A stretch of DNA of 64,000 nt from Moniliella sp. 'wahieum'. Its lineage: Eukaryota. The notes beneath the pieces are model-generated. The model was not told the origin of the DNA and ran no database searches. It saw only the letters and a list, made by a program, of their open reading frames with translations. Location: positions 248,001 through 312,000 of the forward strand of contig RSEE01000023.1 in the NCBI GenBank assembly GCA_003971905.1, written 5' to 3'. The position numbers were made by a program, and so were the translations under genes. Positions 34,450 to 46,100 of this stretch are shown piece after piece. Numbering within the stretch: position 1 is the first letter of the stretch; the number at the start of each line of letters is the position of its first letter.

Positions 34450-36945
34450 CTAAGACGGGAGGTGCGGGGACTAGGATGATATCGATTAGCTCGCGTAGCC
34501 CCATAGCAAGCTCCTGGACGAGGCAGGCCGGCCTAGCCGGGCGGTCTACCTCGTACCGCGCACCGATCGTGCCTGCTGAATCCGTACTCATCGCGCCACG
34601 CGATCATCCTCCATGTCCTGCAGCGCGATCTGCTCCCATGGGGGGTGAGGGTCATGCCGATGTTCGCGCGCATAGTGAGCACGTGCATACTCCTCTCGCA
34701 TCCGATGGTCCGCACGCGCATCGCTCGCCGCGACAGTTGCCGCGCTTGCGCCGGGAGGCTCTAGGCCTGTGCTCCCCGCGGCCAACGGGGACATCGGCAA
34801 AAAGCCCACTCCGCGCGAGGGCGGACGAGAGGGAATGGGGTGCAGGTGCCGGAGCGCAACACGGCGCCAGCAAGGGCAGGACGACTGGTGCTGGTCGCCT
34901 CGGTGTCTTCGGGGGTAGGTGGACGGGTGGGCACCCAGCTGGTGGAAAAGGGGACAGCGCTTGAGCCCGTCAGGGGGTCGTGGCCAGGCGCGGACTGCCA
35001 CGGTTGCGCGACAGACTACTGCCCCCCTTGCGACGCAGTAGGCCTCCCAGCGCACCAGGGGCGGAGGAAGCGAATAGATCAAGCGCGCACGCAATTGCCG
35101 TCGCGCCGACGGCCGCATCCGCCCAACTCTCCACACGAGCAGGACCAGCAGCAACAGCGCCAGCAAAATAAAGATCACGACGTGACTGCTGTACCGCATA
35201 TTGGGAGCGCGCGCACGAGTTCGGGAGCAGGCGCAGGTGCAGGCGCAGGCGCGGAAACTGTGATGGTCGTCTGCACGTCCTGGGTGAATGTGGTAATAGG
35301 GGTGGGAACAATGACGGGTGGTTCGTGCAAGGTCGGGGGATGCTGATGAGGATGGTCCAGAGACGGGGGACGGGGAAGCTGGATGAGGTTCGATGGTCGT
35401 TTTGGGTCGCCGGTGTTTGGTGAGCCAGTTCCAGAGCGGGATCCAGTTGCCCAAGCCAGGAGCATTGTCGCCCACTTGTCCCGCTACGTCCACCGGTACG
35501 TCTGCCAGCGATCCAGGTGCGGGCGGGATGGACCCAGCCGCCTCGAGCACGGCCTTGCCCAATGTCCACGACACGGAAAGCCCATGCACGTCGTTGACAC
35601 TCTGGAACAAGAGGTTTTGTCCTCGGCCTTATCTTGAGCGGCGGTTGCATGGACAATGTGGGACGAATTCCCTGTCCCGGTTAGATGGCGCGGCAGGCCA
35701 ATCCCTTCGTGGAGGACGGTCGTCATCCATGCCGCTTTGAAGCACTGCATTTTCACGCGTCCTTCGTCCACCGTGGACGCATATTTTCCTTGCTCATAGT
35801 TGGACTTGAGGCGGGACCAAGGCGAGGCGCAATAGTCCACTGCAGCTTGCTGGAAGCCCGCCCAGTCGTATACGCCCCCGAGTCGGAAAATGTCATGGGA
35901 GGAGTACCAGTACTCGCTGACGCCGATAAAGTGGTTGACACTAAAGTCGATCGTGGGAACGTGCACGCCATAGAAAAGGCAGGGCGGCCGAGCACATTCG
36001 GCTTCCTTGCGCAACAGAGGTTTGAGCACTTCCAGACACTTTTCAAATGACCCACTGCCCGTAGGACGCCCGTGCCGTGCGCCACATCCAACCCGCGTGG
36101 CAGACAGGGATCCTCCCTGTCCCCGCTTCCACCGATCGCCTCCGTGTACCGTTCTCGTGCTTGGTTCGTGCCAAAGCCAAGAAATGTGGTGACAAACACA
36201 TTGGGGTGCGCGTCGGTGCCATCGAGAAGGCGGAGATTGATCGTTGTCAGCTCGTCCTCCGGACGAGCCTCCTCGCCCCCGCCCGACAGAGCGAGTGCTG
36301 CCGGTGAAGGCTCAAACGCAATCTGTGTGCTGGCGCCACCCATATCGAGGAAGCCATATTTGGATTGGGGCTGGGCCGCGGCGACCGGGTCGTTGGCGGT
36401 GGGGAAGCGGAAGCCGTCCATGAGATAGTTGGTTGTAATCCAGCCCAGCAGGCCCTCCTGCTCCCCGGTGATGACCTGGACGTGCTGCCGGCAAGCGGCT
36501 TGGGACGAGCCGACATCAAAGGGGGTGCGGTTGATGAGGTAGGTGCAGGTGCGGCCGAGCAGCGCCTCGCGCTGCCAGTCGGGCAGGAGACGCAGGCCGG
36601 CGGTGGCCAAGACGTAGACGGGGGTCTGGGCCAGCTGGGCTCGGGGCACGACCGAGCGCGCATGGGTAAAGAGCGGATCCAAGTACGCGTCGACCTTGTC
36701 GGGCGTCTCGGCGAGCGCGTGAGGCCGGGCTCGACCTTGAGCTGCCACGCCTGGACGCTGCCGGGGGGGGTGCCCTTCTCGACGGCGGGCAGGACGCGGG
36801 GGGAGTGGCGGGCGCGGATGCGGTCGGCGCGCTGGAGACGCACGTCGCGCCACGAGTACACCTGCACGCGCGAGCCGCTGCTGCCGGCATCGACGACGAC
36901 GACGTAGCGCCGGTCGCGCGTCCAGGGCGAGGCGGCCGGCGGCAT
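34450..36945 (-). CDS. YND1: Golgi apyrase (GDA1/CD39 family) with a C-terminal transmembrane segment; frameshifted; 3' end approximate
   Basis: ACR1 YVVVVDAGSSGSRVQVYSW, ACR2 VLATAGLRLL, ACR3 VITGEQEGLLGWITTNYL, ACR4 YGFLDMGGASTQIAF. Also FIGVSEYWYS, QCFKAAW and VSWTLGK. TM segment VVIFILLALLLLVLLVW. Confidence 0.92.
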
Positions 36946-37347
36946 GGGCGTGGCGGTGGTGTGGGGCCGGAATTAGCCTTGAAGCTTGGGCGGGCGGGCT
37001 TGGCGCCGAGGCGCGGCGCTGCAGGGGGCTGGGCATAAGGGCATACGTGCATCAGCTAGCGGCGGAGCGGAAGGCGCGCAGCGGAACGGCGTGGCGGCGA
37101 GCGGCGAGGCGCAGCACGGGGGCAGTGGTGCGGGCGCCGCGTGCCGCGTGCCGCGGGGCAGGAGGCGTGTGTGGCGGGGCGAGCGGCAGGGCCCGGGCAC
37201 TGCGGGGCTGCGCTGCTGCCGCGCTGCTCTGCTCGGCCTGGCTGCCCTCGCGCCTCGGCCCGACGATCCTCGAGCCCAGGGCACGCCAGCCAGTAGCAGC
37301 ACGCCCTCCAGTGCCCCCCCACCACTCCCCCCCCCCCCCCACTCACC

Positions 37348-38076
37348 ATGTCTGGCGTCATGCCCGCCCAGTTCTTGCGCGAGTACAAGTTGGTCGTCGT
37401 CGGCGGGGGGCGGCGTCGGCAAGAGCGCACTCACCATCCAGTTCATCCAGTCCCACTTTGTCGACGAGTACGACCCACCATTGAGGACTCGTACCGCAAG
37501 CAGTGTGTCATCGACGACGAGGTCGCCCTCCTCGACGTCCTCGACACCGGCCAGGAAGAGTACTCGGCCATGCGGCGAACAGTACATGCGCACCGGCGAG
37601 GGCTTCCTGCTGGTCTACTCGATCACCAGCCGCAACTCGTTCGACGAGATCTCCCTCTTCCACCAGCAGATCCTCCGAGTCAAGGACAAGGACCGGTCGT
37701 TGTCGTTGCCAACAAGTGCGACCTGGAGTACGAGCGGCAGGTCGGCTCCACGAGGGCCGCGAGCTGGCCAAGATGTTTGGCTGCCGCTTCACCGAAACCA
37801 GCGCCAAGCAGCGCATCAATGTCGACGAGGCCTTCTATAACCTGGTCCGCGAGATCCGCCGCTTCAACCGTGAACAAGGCGCCGGGCATAGCGGATTGGG
37901 CGGCGCCGCGGGCTCCGGGTACGGTGCAGGCGCGGGTGTTGGCGCCGGTGCCGGGGCCGGGGCAGGGCGGGCGGGCCGACCCAGTCGGCGCCGGGATCGC
38001 TGGAGGGATGCAGCACATGCACACGGACGATGGCCACCAAAATGCTGGCTGCTGTGGCGGATGCATCATCCTCTAA
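37348..38076 (+). CDS. RAS1: Ras small GTPase (Ras1-type), no intron seen; frameshifted in the assembly
   Basis: [73 protein letters not shown] and [15 protein letters not shown]-terminal GCCGGCIIL* gives palmitoylation cysteines plus CAAX. Confidence 0.96.
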   Translation: MSGVMPAQFLREYKLVVVGGGRRRQERTHHPVHPVPLCRRVRPTIEDSYRKQCVIDDEVALLDVLDTGQEEYSAMRRTVHAHRRGLPAGLLDHQPQLVRRDLPLPPADPPSQGQGPVVVVANKCDLEYERQVGSTRAASWPRCLAAASPKPAPSSASMSTRPSITWSARSAASTVNKAPGIADWAAPRAPGTVQARVLAPVPGPGQGGRADPVGAGIAGGMQHMHTDDGHQNAGCCGGCIIL

Positions 38077-38757
38077 TCCATGCAATGGGTCTGTGCTTGA
38101 ATCCGCGCCCTTTGCCTCCCCTCGCCTTCCACTCCTCGATCTTCCCATCGCCCGCTCCGCGTGTTGCCAGCTCGCCCAAAAGACTATTCTGCTTTTCGGG
38201 CGCTTCTCGCGCCTCAGCGCATAGTCCCAGCCCCCCCCCCCCCTTCTCGAAGGGATGGTTGGCTCTGGTGCTCCGCCTGTATACCACTCCCCTCTTTTCG
38301 CTCCTTTGGCCCGGCTCCTTGACTTCTTTTTCTTCATGGCGCTCCCAGTCTGGAGGCTAGCTTATTCGTCTGCTGGTTCTCTCGACCGTCCTGTCGTTTC
38401 TTTTTTTGTCCATCTTTTTTCCTGCCCCGGAATGGAGTCCCCTCCCAGCCGTTGGTTTTGGGGTCCTGTTATTAGCTTTGAGTTATCTGAACACCGCCGT
38501 AGAGGGCACGCCTTTCTTGTCTCTTTCTTGCCTTGGTGCTTGAAGGTGGTCTGGTGCTTGCATATTGAATTCAACAATCCAACACTCAAGGGGGGGCGGC
38601 AATGCACATAGGTTGTGCAAGCCAATCGCCCAACGCCCATCAGGGGTGCTTACCTAACATCCTCCGCGCCCTCCACGCCGACGCTTGGCACTTCGTCCCG
38701 CTTAGTTCTGAGCCAGCCGGACCACCACGGCACCCGCCCCTGTTCCCGTCCTTTAGC

Positions 38758-39707
38758 ATGGCTCGCTCGCCTTCCTCCATGGGTGTACGCGAGCAGGACT
38801 TGTTCCTTGACTCGTCCATTCGGGATTGGGTTTTGATCCCGATTACCATTGTCATGGTTCTGGTGTGGGTGTGCGGAGCAATGTGCTGCAGCTGCTGCAG
38901 AGTGCGCCCAAGCGCGGCCAGCTGGCCAAGATCCGGGAGCAACGTTTTTTGATACGCTCTCAGGCACTGCAATCCAACCTTCTACCTCCCTCCTGACGTT
39001 TTCTCGCTCGCCGTCAGGCTCTCATCGACGCCTTTACCAATGGCGACTACGTCGCTTCCTCGGACGAGGGCAAGACGGACGAGCCCAAGAACCCATGGAC
39101 GCTGCCAACATGGACGGCATGATGGGCATGCTGAAGAATAACATGGTCATGATGGTGCCTCAGACGGTCATCATGGGCTGGATCAACTTTTTCTTAATGG
39201 CTTTGTCTTGAGTACGTCCGCCCCTTCCCCCCCCCCCCTTTCGGCATCCCGCCTTGAGGCACGGCTGACCCTTCATCGAAGCACGATTGCCCTTTCCGCT
39301 CACGTTGCGCTTCAAGCCGATGATGCAGCGGGGAATTGATACGCCCGATATGGACGTGGCGTGGGTGTCGAGTTTGTCGTGGTACTTTCTCAACCTGTTT
39401 GGGCTGACTGCGGTGTACCGCCTGGTGCTTGGGGACGATGCGGCGATGGCCGAGGGAGCGGGGACATGGCTTCTATGGGTGCCATGTCGGCCGGAGCAGG
39501 TGGCATGCCCGCCATGCCTGGCGCGCCAGGCCCGGACGCTGCCAAGCTCCAGGGGGGGAGAAGGACAATCTGTCGATTGCGGCCGCTCCCACGCTCGCGG
39601 CGTTGGCGCGATGGCGCGTGCGCCTTCGCTTGGTGAGCCGCGGCCGCGCGCATGGGCAGGCGATGGATGGAATCGAGGACCGCGTGCTGGCACTGTATGA
39701 AGACTAA
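38758..39707 (+). CDS. EMC3: ER membrane protein complex subunit 3; intron 39212..39281
   Basis: [87 protein letters not shown] and [10 protein letters not shown]. Confidence 0.93.
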
Positions 39708-39843
39708 GGCCAAGGGTACCCAGAGCGGGTCCAATGTCACGTGTGCTACTCGTTGTCGAACTATGTGGTGGCTCATATCATGCACAGGGGGAGGCGTAGA
39801 ACAGATAAAAGCAGCTTGCATTTTGGGACAAGAGGGAGCCGAT

Positions 39844-40494
39844 TCAGACCAGGTGCTTGCCGTTGGTCTCGGGCGTGGTAGCCTTTTGCGCGCGAGCCAA
39901 GAGATCGTTGGCGAGTCCTTAGCAAAGGAGCTGGCTGGGTAGCCGCCTGCGCCGCTGCCTTTTCAACATCTTGCGCCGCGTCCACTGCCTTGACAGCGCC
40001 CGTCGTCGTTGCCTGGGCAACCGCGGGAAAGGCGGCATCGACGACCGGCTTGGCGATCGGAGCTGCGCCCGGCGTGCTCCCTCTTGGGGTGGCCACAATT
40101 GGAACCGACGGCACCACACGCACCCGGGCAGCGCAGTCGGGTTGAAGCTCCGCTCGCAATCGGTCCAGCTCTGGCCAATGCCAAAGCCCGTGCCGATCCA
40201 GACGGGCCATGCACGGCCTGGCCAGCGAGCAGGTTAGTGCCCGGCCTGCGTAGCTGGAAGGGGGAGGAGGGGGAGGAGGGGGAGGGGGGAGGAGGGGGAG
40301 GAGGGGGAGGAGGGGGAGGAGGGGGAGGAGGGGAGAGGCGGCGCGGGGGACGTACGCTTGAGAGCACCACCGAGGCCAGCACACCCGCCGAGAAGGAGAG
40401 GCCGGTGGTGACGAGCGCGTTGCTCAGGCAGACATCCGCCTTGTAGCGCACAATGTCTCGGACGGGACAGTCGGGGGGACTGGACGCCAGACAT
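39844..40494 (-). CDS. MIC10: MICOS complex subunit Mic10; intron 40218..40355
   Basis: KADVCLSNALVTTGLSFSAGVLASVVL, then after splicing KRRAWPVWIGTGFGIGQSWTDCERSFNP. This gives two Gly-rich TM helices separated by a basic KRR loop. Confidence 0.88.
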
Positions 40495-40747
40495 GCTTGG
40501 GCAGCGGTGGTGGTTCGCTAGCCTGGCCCGCCGCGGCCGCGAGCTTGGGCTGTGCCCCGGCAGCGGCAGGCCAGCGGCCGGTCGCAGCGTTCCCGATGAC
40601 CTAAGCGCCTGCTCCTGCCGACTGAGGGCGGCACGTGCTGGCACCCGCAGCCAGGCAGCACGCTTTGAAACGCGCCGATTAATAACCTCTGCCTCCCACC
40701 CGGGCAATCCGCCAGGCCGAGCCCCAGGTCAAACAATCAAAAAAGGA

Positions 40748-40839
40748 TGACGAGAGTGGGATTCGAAACCCACGCCCCGGAGGACTGCGGTTAGGGGAGC
40801 TCCTTAACACAGCGCGTTAGACCACTTCGCTATCTCGCC
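40748..40839 (-). tRNA. tRNA-Leu(AAG) with an ~11-nt intron and long variable arm
   Basis: Reverse complement: GGCGAGA/TCTCGTC plus A; D-arm GCGAAGTGGTCTAACGC; CTGTG-TT-AAG-G[AGCTCCCCTAA]C-CGCAG; variable arm CCTCCGGGG; GTGGG-TTTCGAAT-CCCAC (one extra T, probably a read error); T-run downstream. Confidence 0.9.
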
Positions 40840-41096
40840 TTGGGGACACTACAGCGGCAACGCCAATATGGCGATGTTGGTACACACGGCCCTGAGCCCT
40901 CGGATCGGCTCGAGCGGATATTTCTCAGCGGAAGAATTCCCCGCTCAGTTCCAGTCGCTTCGCTCGGACGTGACGCGCCGAGGGGAGAGCGACAGATCAA
41001 ACAACCCTGTCCCTATATGATACGCTTCTGCGGTTACGGACATGTTACAGGGTCCTCCGCCTGCCACACCACCCCGCGTGCAGCACTTTGTTAACC

Positions 41097-41932
41097 ATGT
41101 CAGCCTACGGAACCGTCGCCCGTCCACGTCGAACCAAGTACCCACTCCCATTGCCCCCCTTGCGTTTCCGCGCAAGGCGCGCCGCAGGGGGCGTACAATG
41201 CGCTTGTCTTTGTCCACTTTCACCATCCCTCTGCTCTTTTCTCAGGGGCGATGCCTGCAGTGAAGAAGGCAAAAAGGCGGTAGAGGCGCATCGTCTGCCG
41301 CCGGCTGGAGGGAAAAGCTGTACCAGACCTTCCAGGGTGTCCTCAAGGAGGGAAAGACTTACCCGCAGTACGGTCCCTTGAGTGCGGATGAGTTTGACCG
41401 CTACTATCTCGACTACGATCTGATCGTCGGCGTCTTGGCTGCCGACTCGTCTGTGACAGCGGAGGACCAGAGTGGCAAGGTGTACGATGAAAGCAAACTG
41501 GGGCCCTTGGCACAGGTTGACCCCGAGCGCATTGCAGTTCTACTACGTCAAGGTAAGAAGCTCTTTTCCGCCTCCCCTGTTTTGACAAGGACGCTGACCC
41601 CCTTCGTTAGCCCAACTACCCTGGCCGCTCCTCCCACCTCTGCAATGGTGGATTTGTTGTGGCCCTCATGTCCAGGGGGGCGGTGTGGGCTCAACGGCCG
41701 GCCGTTCGTTCCTCTACTTTGCCCCGCGTCTGGGCTACCGAGGCAGCGTGTTAACCTGGTGTATGCCACCAACGAGGCTTCTTCGCGCATCTGGGACCGT
41801 CTCGGCTTTACGCGTGTTGGCAAGATCCCTGAGGCTGGCAAGCTTGTGACCAGGACGGCTCGGAACAGTATGTCGATGCCTGGGTCATCACGGCGACTTT
41901 AAAAAGCTTGCCCCGAGGTGGCGCAGGACTGA
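41097..41932 (+). CDS. GNAT N-acetyltransferase of the Mpr1 (L-azetidine-2-carboxylate acetyltransferase)/Spt10 type; intron ~41552..41610
   Basis: EGKTYPQ, spliced YYV-KPNYPGRSSHLCNGGFVV, YFAPRLGYRGS, NLVYATNEASSRIWDRLGFTRVGKIPEAG and QYVDAWV. Confidence 0.85.
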
Positions 41933-43128
41933 GCGCATGCGATGTCGGTTTGCCCTGCCTGAGGCGCTGTTTCGGTCTTCACACATACTAGCATTGCATG
42001 CCAGTTCGTCACAGGCATGTCCCCGTGGTGGAAACCGGGGGCAGAAAGCCCAACCCTTGCCATGCGTAGCGTGCCTGACGTGCGGGCCGGACGGCCCGAT
42101 TGGGGGATTAGGCCGTAGGCCTTAGTTTGGGCTAGGAGTGGAATGGTTCATTTCCATATGGCGGCAACAGCATCTGAACAGTATATGTGGGTTTACGTGT
42201 AGGGGATGAAGATTGGGCTCAGTGGGTAGAAGCTTGGCAGCTTCGGTATGCGGCGGGCTTTTTGCGGGGTCAACACTCAGCCTGAGGCCTGAGGGAGGCG
42301 GGAATGCTCTTTCTAAATGGATTGCGGAGTGACTAGTGATGCGTTTGGTCTCGGGCAATAGATCTTAGATGCGGCTAGGGGTGGTGCATTGGGGGGTGCG
42401 CAGTTGAGATCTTTAGTAGCGAGAATCAAATGCTGAAGTTGGCGTGCACGATGCCCAGCCAGTCGTGGATGCTGGAGGGTGCAGGAATGAAATTTGAAGG
42501 CCGTCCCAGCGACCACGCGGGTTGGGGTGCTGGGGGTGCCGCGCAGCCGGTGGGACTGATGGGACGGGTGGGAATGTCTGGAAAATCGCCGCGTACTCAC
42601 TCCATCACCGAACGGCCCACCATGCACCATGCTGGCCGGCGACCACTGGGATGGTTGCACCGAGGCGTGTGGGCTGCGGGGTGCTGGCCCTTGCAGGAGG
42701 AGTGCGGAGGCAGGCCAAGCGATGCAGGCGCGCTGGAAACTGGGGCGGACGGACAGCAGGCAGCTGCCCAGCCAGAGCAGCGCGCGGCACACTGAGACGC
42801 AGCACTCAGACTGAGTCGACAGTAATCAAGCGCTCCCCTCAGCACACAGCCGGCGCGGGTCTGAGACGTCCGTGCTCCCTCTGCGTTCCTGCAGCGGCGG
42901 CCAGCGTGGCGCGTCCCGACACCCCCCGCACCAGCCCAGCCTCCCGCCACACACCGCCCCCCTGCCGCCCGCACGCCCCGTCGCCGGCAGCAGCCCAGCA
43001 CCCGCCGCCCCCACTGCCCCGCTGCGGCCCCCCGCCACACTCGGCCCGTGCCCGCAGCGTGTGGCGCGCTCGCCAGCTTCTTCCAGCCGCCCGCCACCTC
43101 CCACCTCTGCTCCCCCCACCCCACCACC

Positions 43129-46100
43129 ATGGATCGGCCCGAGTCCGATCGCCCCTCGCCGCCGAGATGGCCGGCAGCACCGCCGGCCATCCGACCGGCG
43201 CCCTCGGCGTGCCCTCTGCCGGCGCCATGGCCCGTCCCACCGCCCCCTCCATCGCCTCCACCACCGCCAACTCTCTCGCCGCCCACCCCGGCCTGGCCGA
43301 CCAGCTCGCCTCCTCCTACGCCCCCTCCCACCCGCGTCGACGATGCGTCTTCCATCGCCAAGACCGCGATCGCCTCCAAGCCTGCCCGTCGCGCCTCCCT
43401 CGACGCACTGCCCACGGCCATCGCCGACCCCTCCGCGCCCGGCGCTGCTCTGGTGGCGCCATCTTCACCCGCATTTCCGACCGCGTACGTGGCATTCGAT
43501 CGTGCTCCCATGCCTCTCTCTCCGTTGCTGACCGTTTCTCCCGTAGCTTCCTGCCAAGTCTGGCTGGCGGCTTACTACGCTCGAGTGCGACCCGATGGTG
43601 CGCAAGCAAGGCCAACTGGTCGAGCTAGCCCCGCACGCGCTGCCCTCATCCTCCACGAACTCCTCCAGCAGCTGATGCGCTGAACCGTGCTTCACACCGT
43701 TGCTGAGGACTCGATTGCGGATTGGATCTGCTGGCGTCCCAGCTGTTCTCGTCAAGATCCTAGTAGCCTGTCTCTTCAGCCACTGGCGCACCACCAACGA
43801 CTCTCTCCGCCCTAACCAGGGCATCGACCCCTCACCTCGACCGGCGCCCCCGCCACCGGCGAGGGTTGGGACGATCCTCTCCCTCTTGATGATGCCTTGG
43901 CCCGCCGCGCGGTGGCCCTCATGGCAGCCTACCTTCGCCATGCTGCTGCCCGGGAAGATTCGGGCCTGTTCATCGACCCTGCTATGCTCGATGCGCCTAA
44001 GCCTCAGGCCGCTAGCAAGGCGCCTCTTCCCGTGGCCGAGATGCTCTGCAGCGTCTCGGTGGCCGTGGAGGGCGCAAGGAGGACGATGCGGACGCAAAGG
44101 AGGCCGAGAAGGAGGATCGTCTTTTGGACGGCCCTCACCTACTCCTCTACGGTGGAGGTGCACCTCTCTTCTCCCTTCTTCCTTCCTTCCCCCCCTCGCT
44201 AACGCCTTTGGTTCCGGCGTTCCACGCCTGCCCAACGACGGCACCTCCCCCCCCGAGTTTAACCGCGCTTGGATGGAGGCTACACCCTCGCTCGGCGATA
44301 CGCCCAGCGAGGCGGCTGCACGTGGTGACCTCGACACTCTCCCCACCGTTGTGGCCGATCTAAGCAAGCATGCCGCCATGGTTCTCTTCTACTTCTTCGT
44401 CCAACTGGGGTGTTGTCTTTAACCGTCTGCGGCAGCGCTTCACCATCCTCGCCGCGCAAGGACGCAACCCCGCTACGGCCGTGCACCCAGATGACCTCGC
44501 TGCCGCCTTGGGTGATTTGCGGATCCTGGAAGCGATCAACGCGACCAAACCGCGCCTGGGCGTTGTCTGGCCGAACTCAACAATGTCTTTCTCCACTTCC
44601 GCCGGCCGGCGCAAGTGGCCACAGCAATTACGCTGCGGAGGAATGATCTGGTCTTTATCCTTATCGTCCGAGCGAGTTTGCTGCCCTGTACCAGTCCAAC
44701 CGTCGCTTGGATGGTGGGCCTGACGCGCTTTTCGACCAAATCGCCACTGATCCGAGTCCCATGTAGGCGGCAAGCGGCGTGCTGTTTTCTGGCCCGTCAT
44801 GTCTTCCCTGTTGGCCTTGTGCCCCGACCTGGTTGCGCGCCTGGTTGCTGGCGAAGGCCGGAAGCTGGTTGTCGCCAGCGCAGGCAAAAAGCATGCGTTT
44901 TACGATGCTCTGCGCAAGCAACTGCGCCAAGGCGCCAAGCCCGCTTCGCCCCCTGACGCCCCGGCTCATGCCGGGTGTGGATCTGGTGTGGCGGCGGCCT
45001 ATACCCGTTCCTCGGATGCGGCCTTGCGCCTGGTTGTGCCGGATCTCGAGCCGGAGCTGCGGGACCGGGTGTTTACTCCTCTTCGTCTGGCCGCGGGGGC
45101 AGGGGAGACGCGCGGACGAGGTTGCGCTTGCGTCGGAACTGCTTGCTGCTCTCTACGCCCTCGACCCTGCCGCACCGCTGCCAGATCATTCCCGGCTGTC
45201 TGGCCGACAAGGCCACGACAAGCGCCAAGATCATGCTGACCAAAGCAGCCTTGCGCTTATCCGCCGGGCCCGGCCGCGTCTCGTGGCGGCCCCTCGCTGT
45301 CGAGCCTTTGGATTGATTGCGCTTCCTCTCCGGCACATGTTCAAGGAGACTGCGCATGCGATCACCCGCCAAGCTGGTGGACTTCCCAGCAGCAATGGCT
45401 CGGGCGCCTTGTCGCCTTCGCAGTCTGCCGCCTCGTTGTCCACCTCGGGCAAACTTTCCTTTACGCGCGGCTCGGTCGCAGGCCAGCCGGGGCTCTCGCC
45501 TGCCGCGGTGGCCGCAGCCAATGCGGCCGACCGCCGGCGCGCCGGCGGAACTGCTGATCTACATCCTGTGGCAAGCCGAGTTTACACTTTGCACCCATGG
45601 GATGGGCAAAGACCATCGTCCGCGGCCTCCGCCCGAGGTTCGTGCACCTGTCCCACGATTCGTTCTGGGCCGATGTACGAACGTGGACACGCCGCTCAGC
45701 TTGGCTTGGGCCGTCGGCTTCACGGCCCAAGCGCATGGGTGGGAAAAAGTTGCCCAGCCGCGTTGGGTGTGCTGATGATTCCGATCTGGCGGCCGGGCAA
45801 GGAATTGCAACCGCCTGCTGGCTGCACGGGAGAGCGTGACACCGTATTTGCTTTTGGCATTTTACGAGCGGATCATGTGGGCCGACTCGCCGTACACGCG
45901 TCGCCTTTACCTTCACCTGACGCACAATGTCTTGCTCGCCCGCCTCACCCACCCAGGGAAGGATGCGACGCTTGGTCCAGCTGGCGGGAGCAATGGCAAT
46001 TGGCCCCACGGCCGCCGCTGCGGCCCAAAGTGCGCGGGAAGCCATCCTGGCAGCCGAAGCGGTTGAGCCGAGGTGGCGGTCTTGCTCACGCTCTGCTCGG

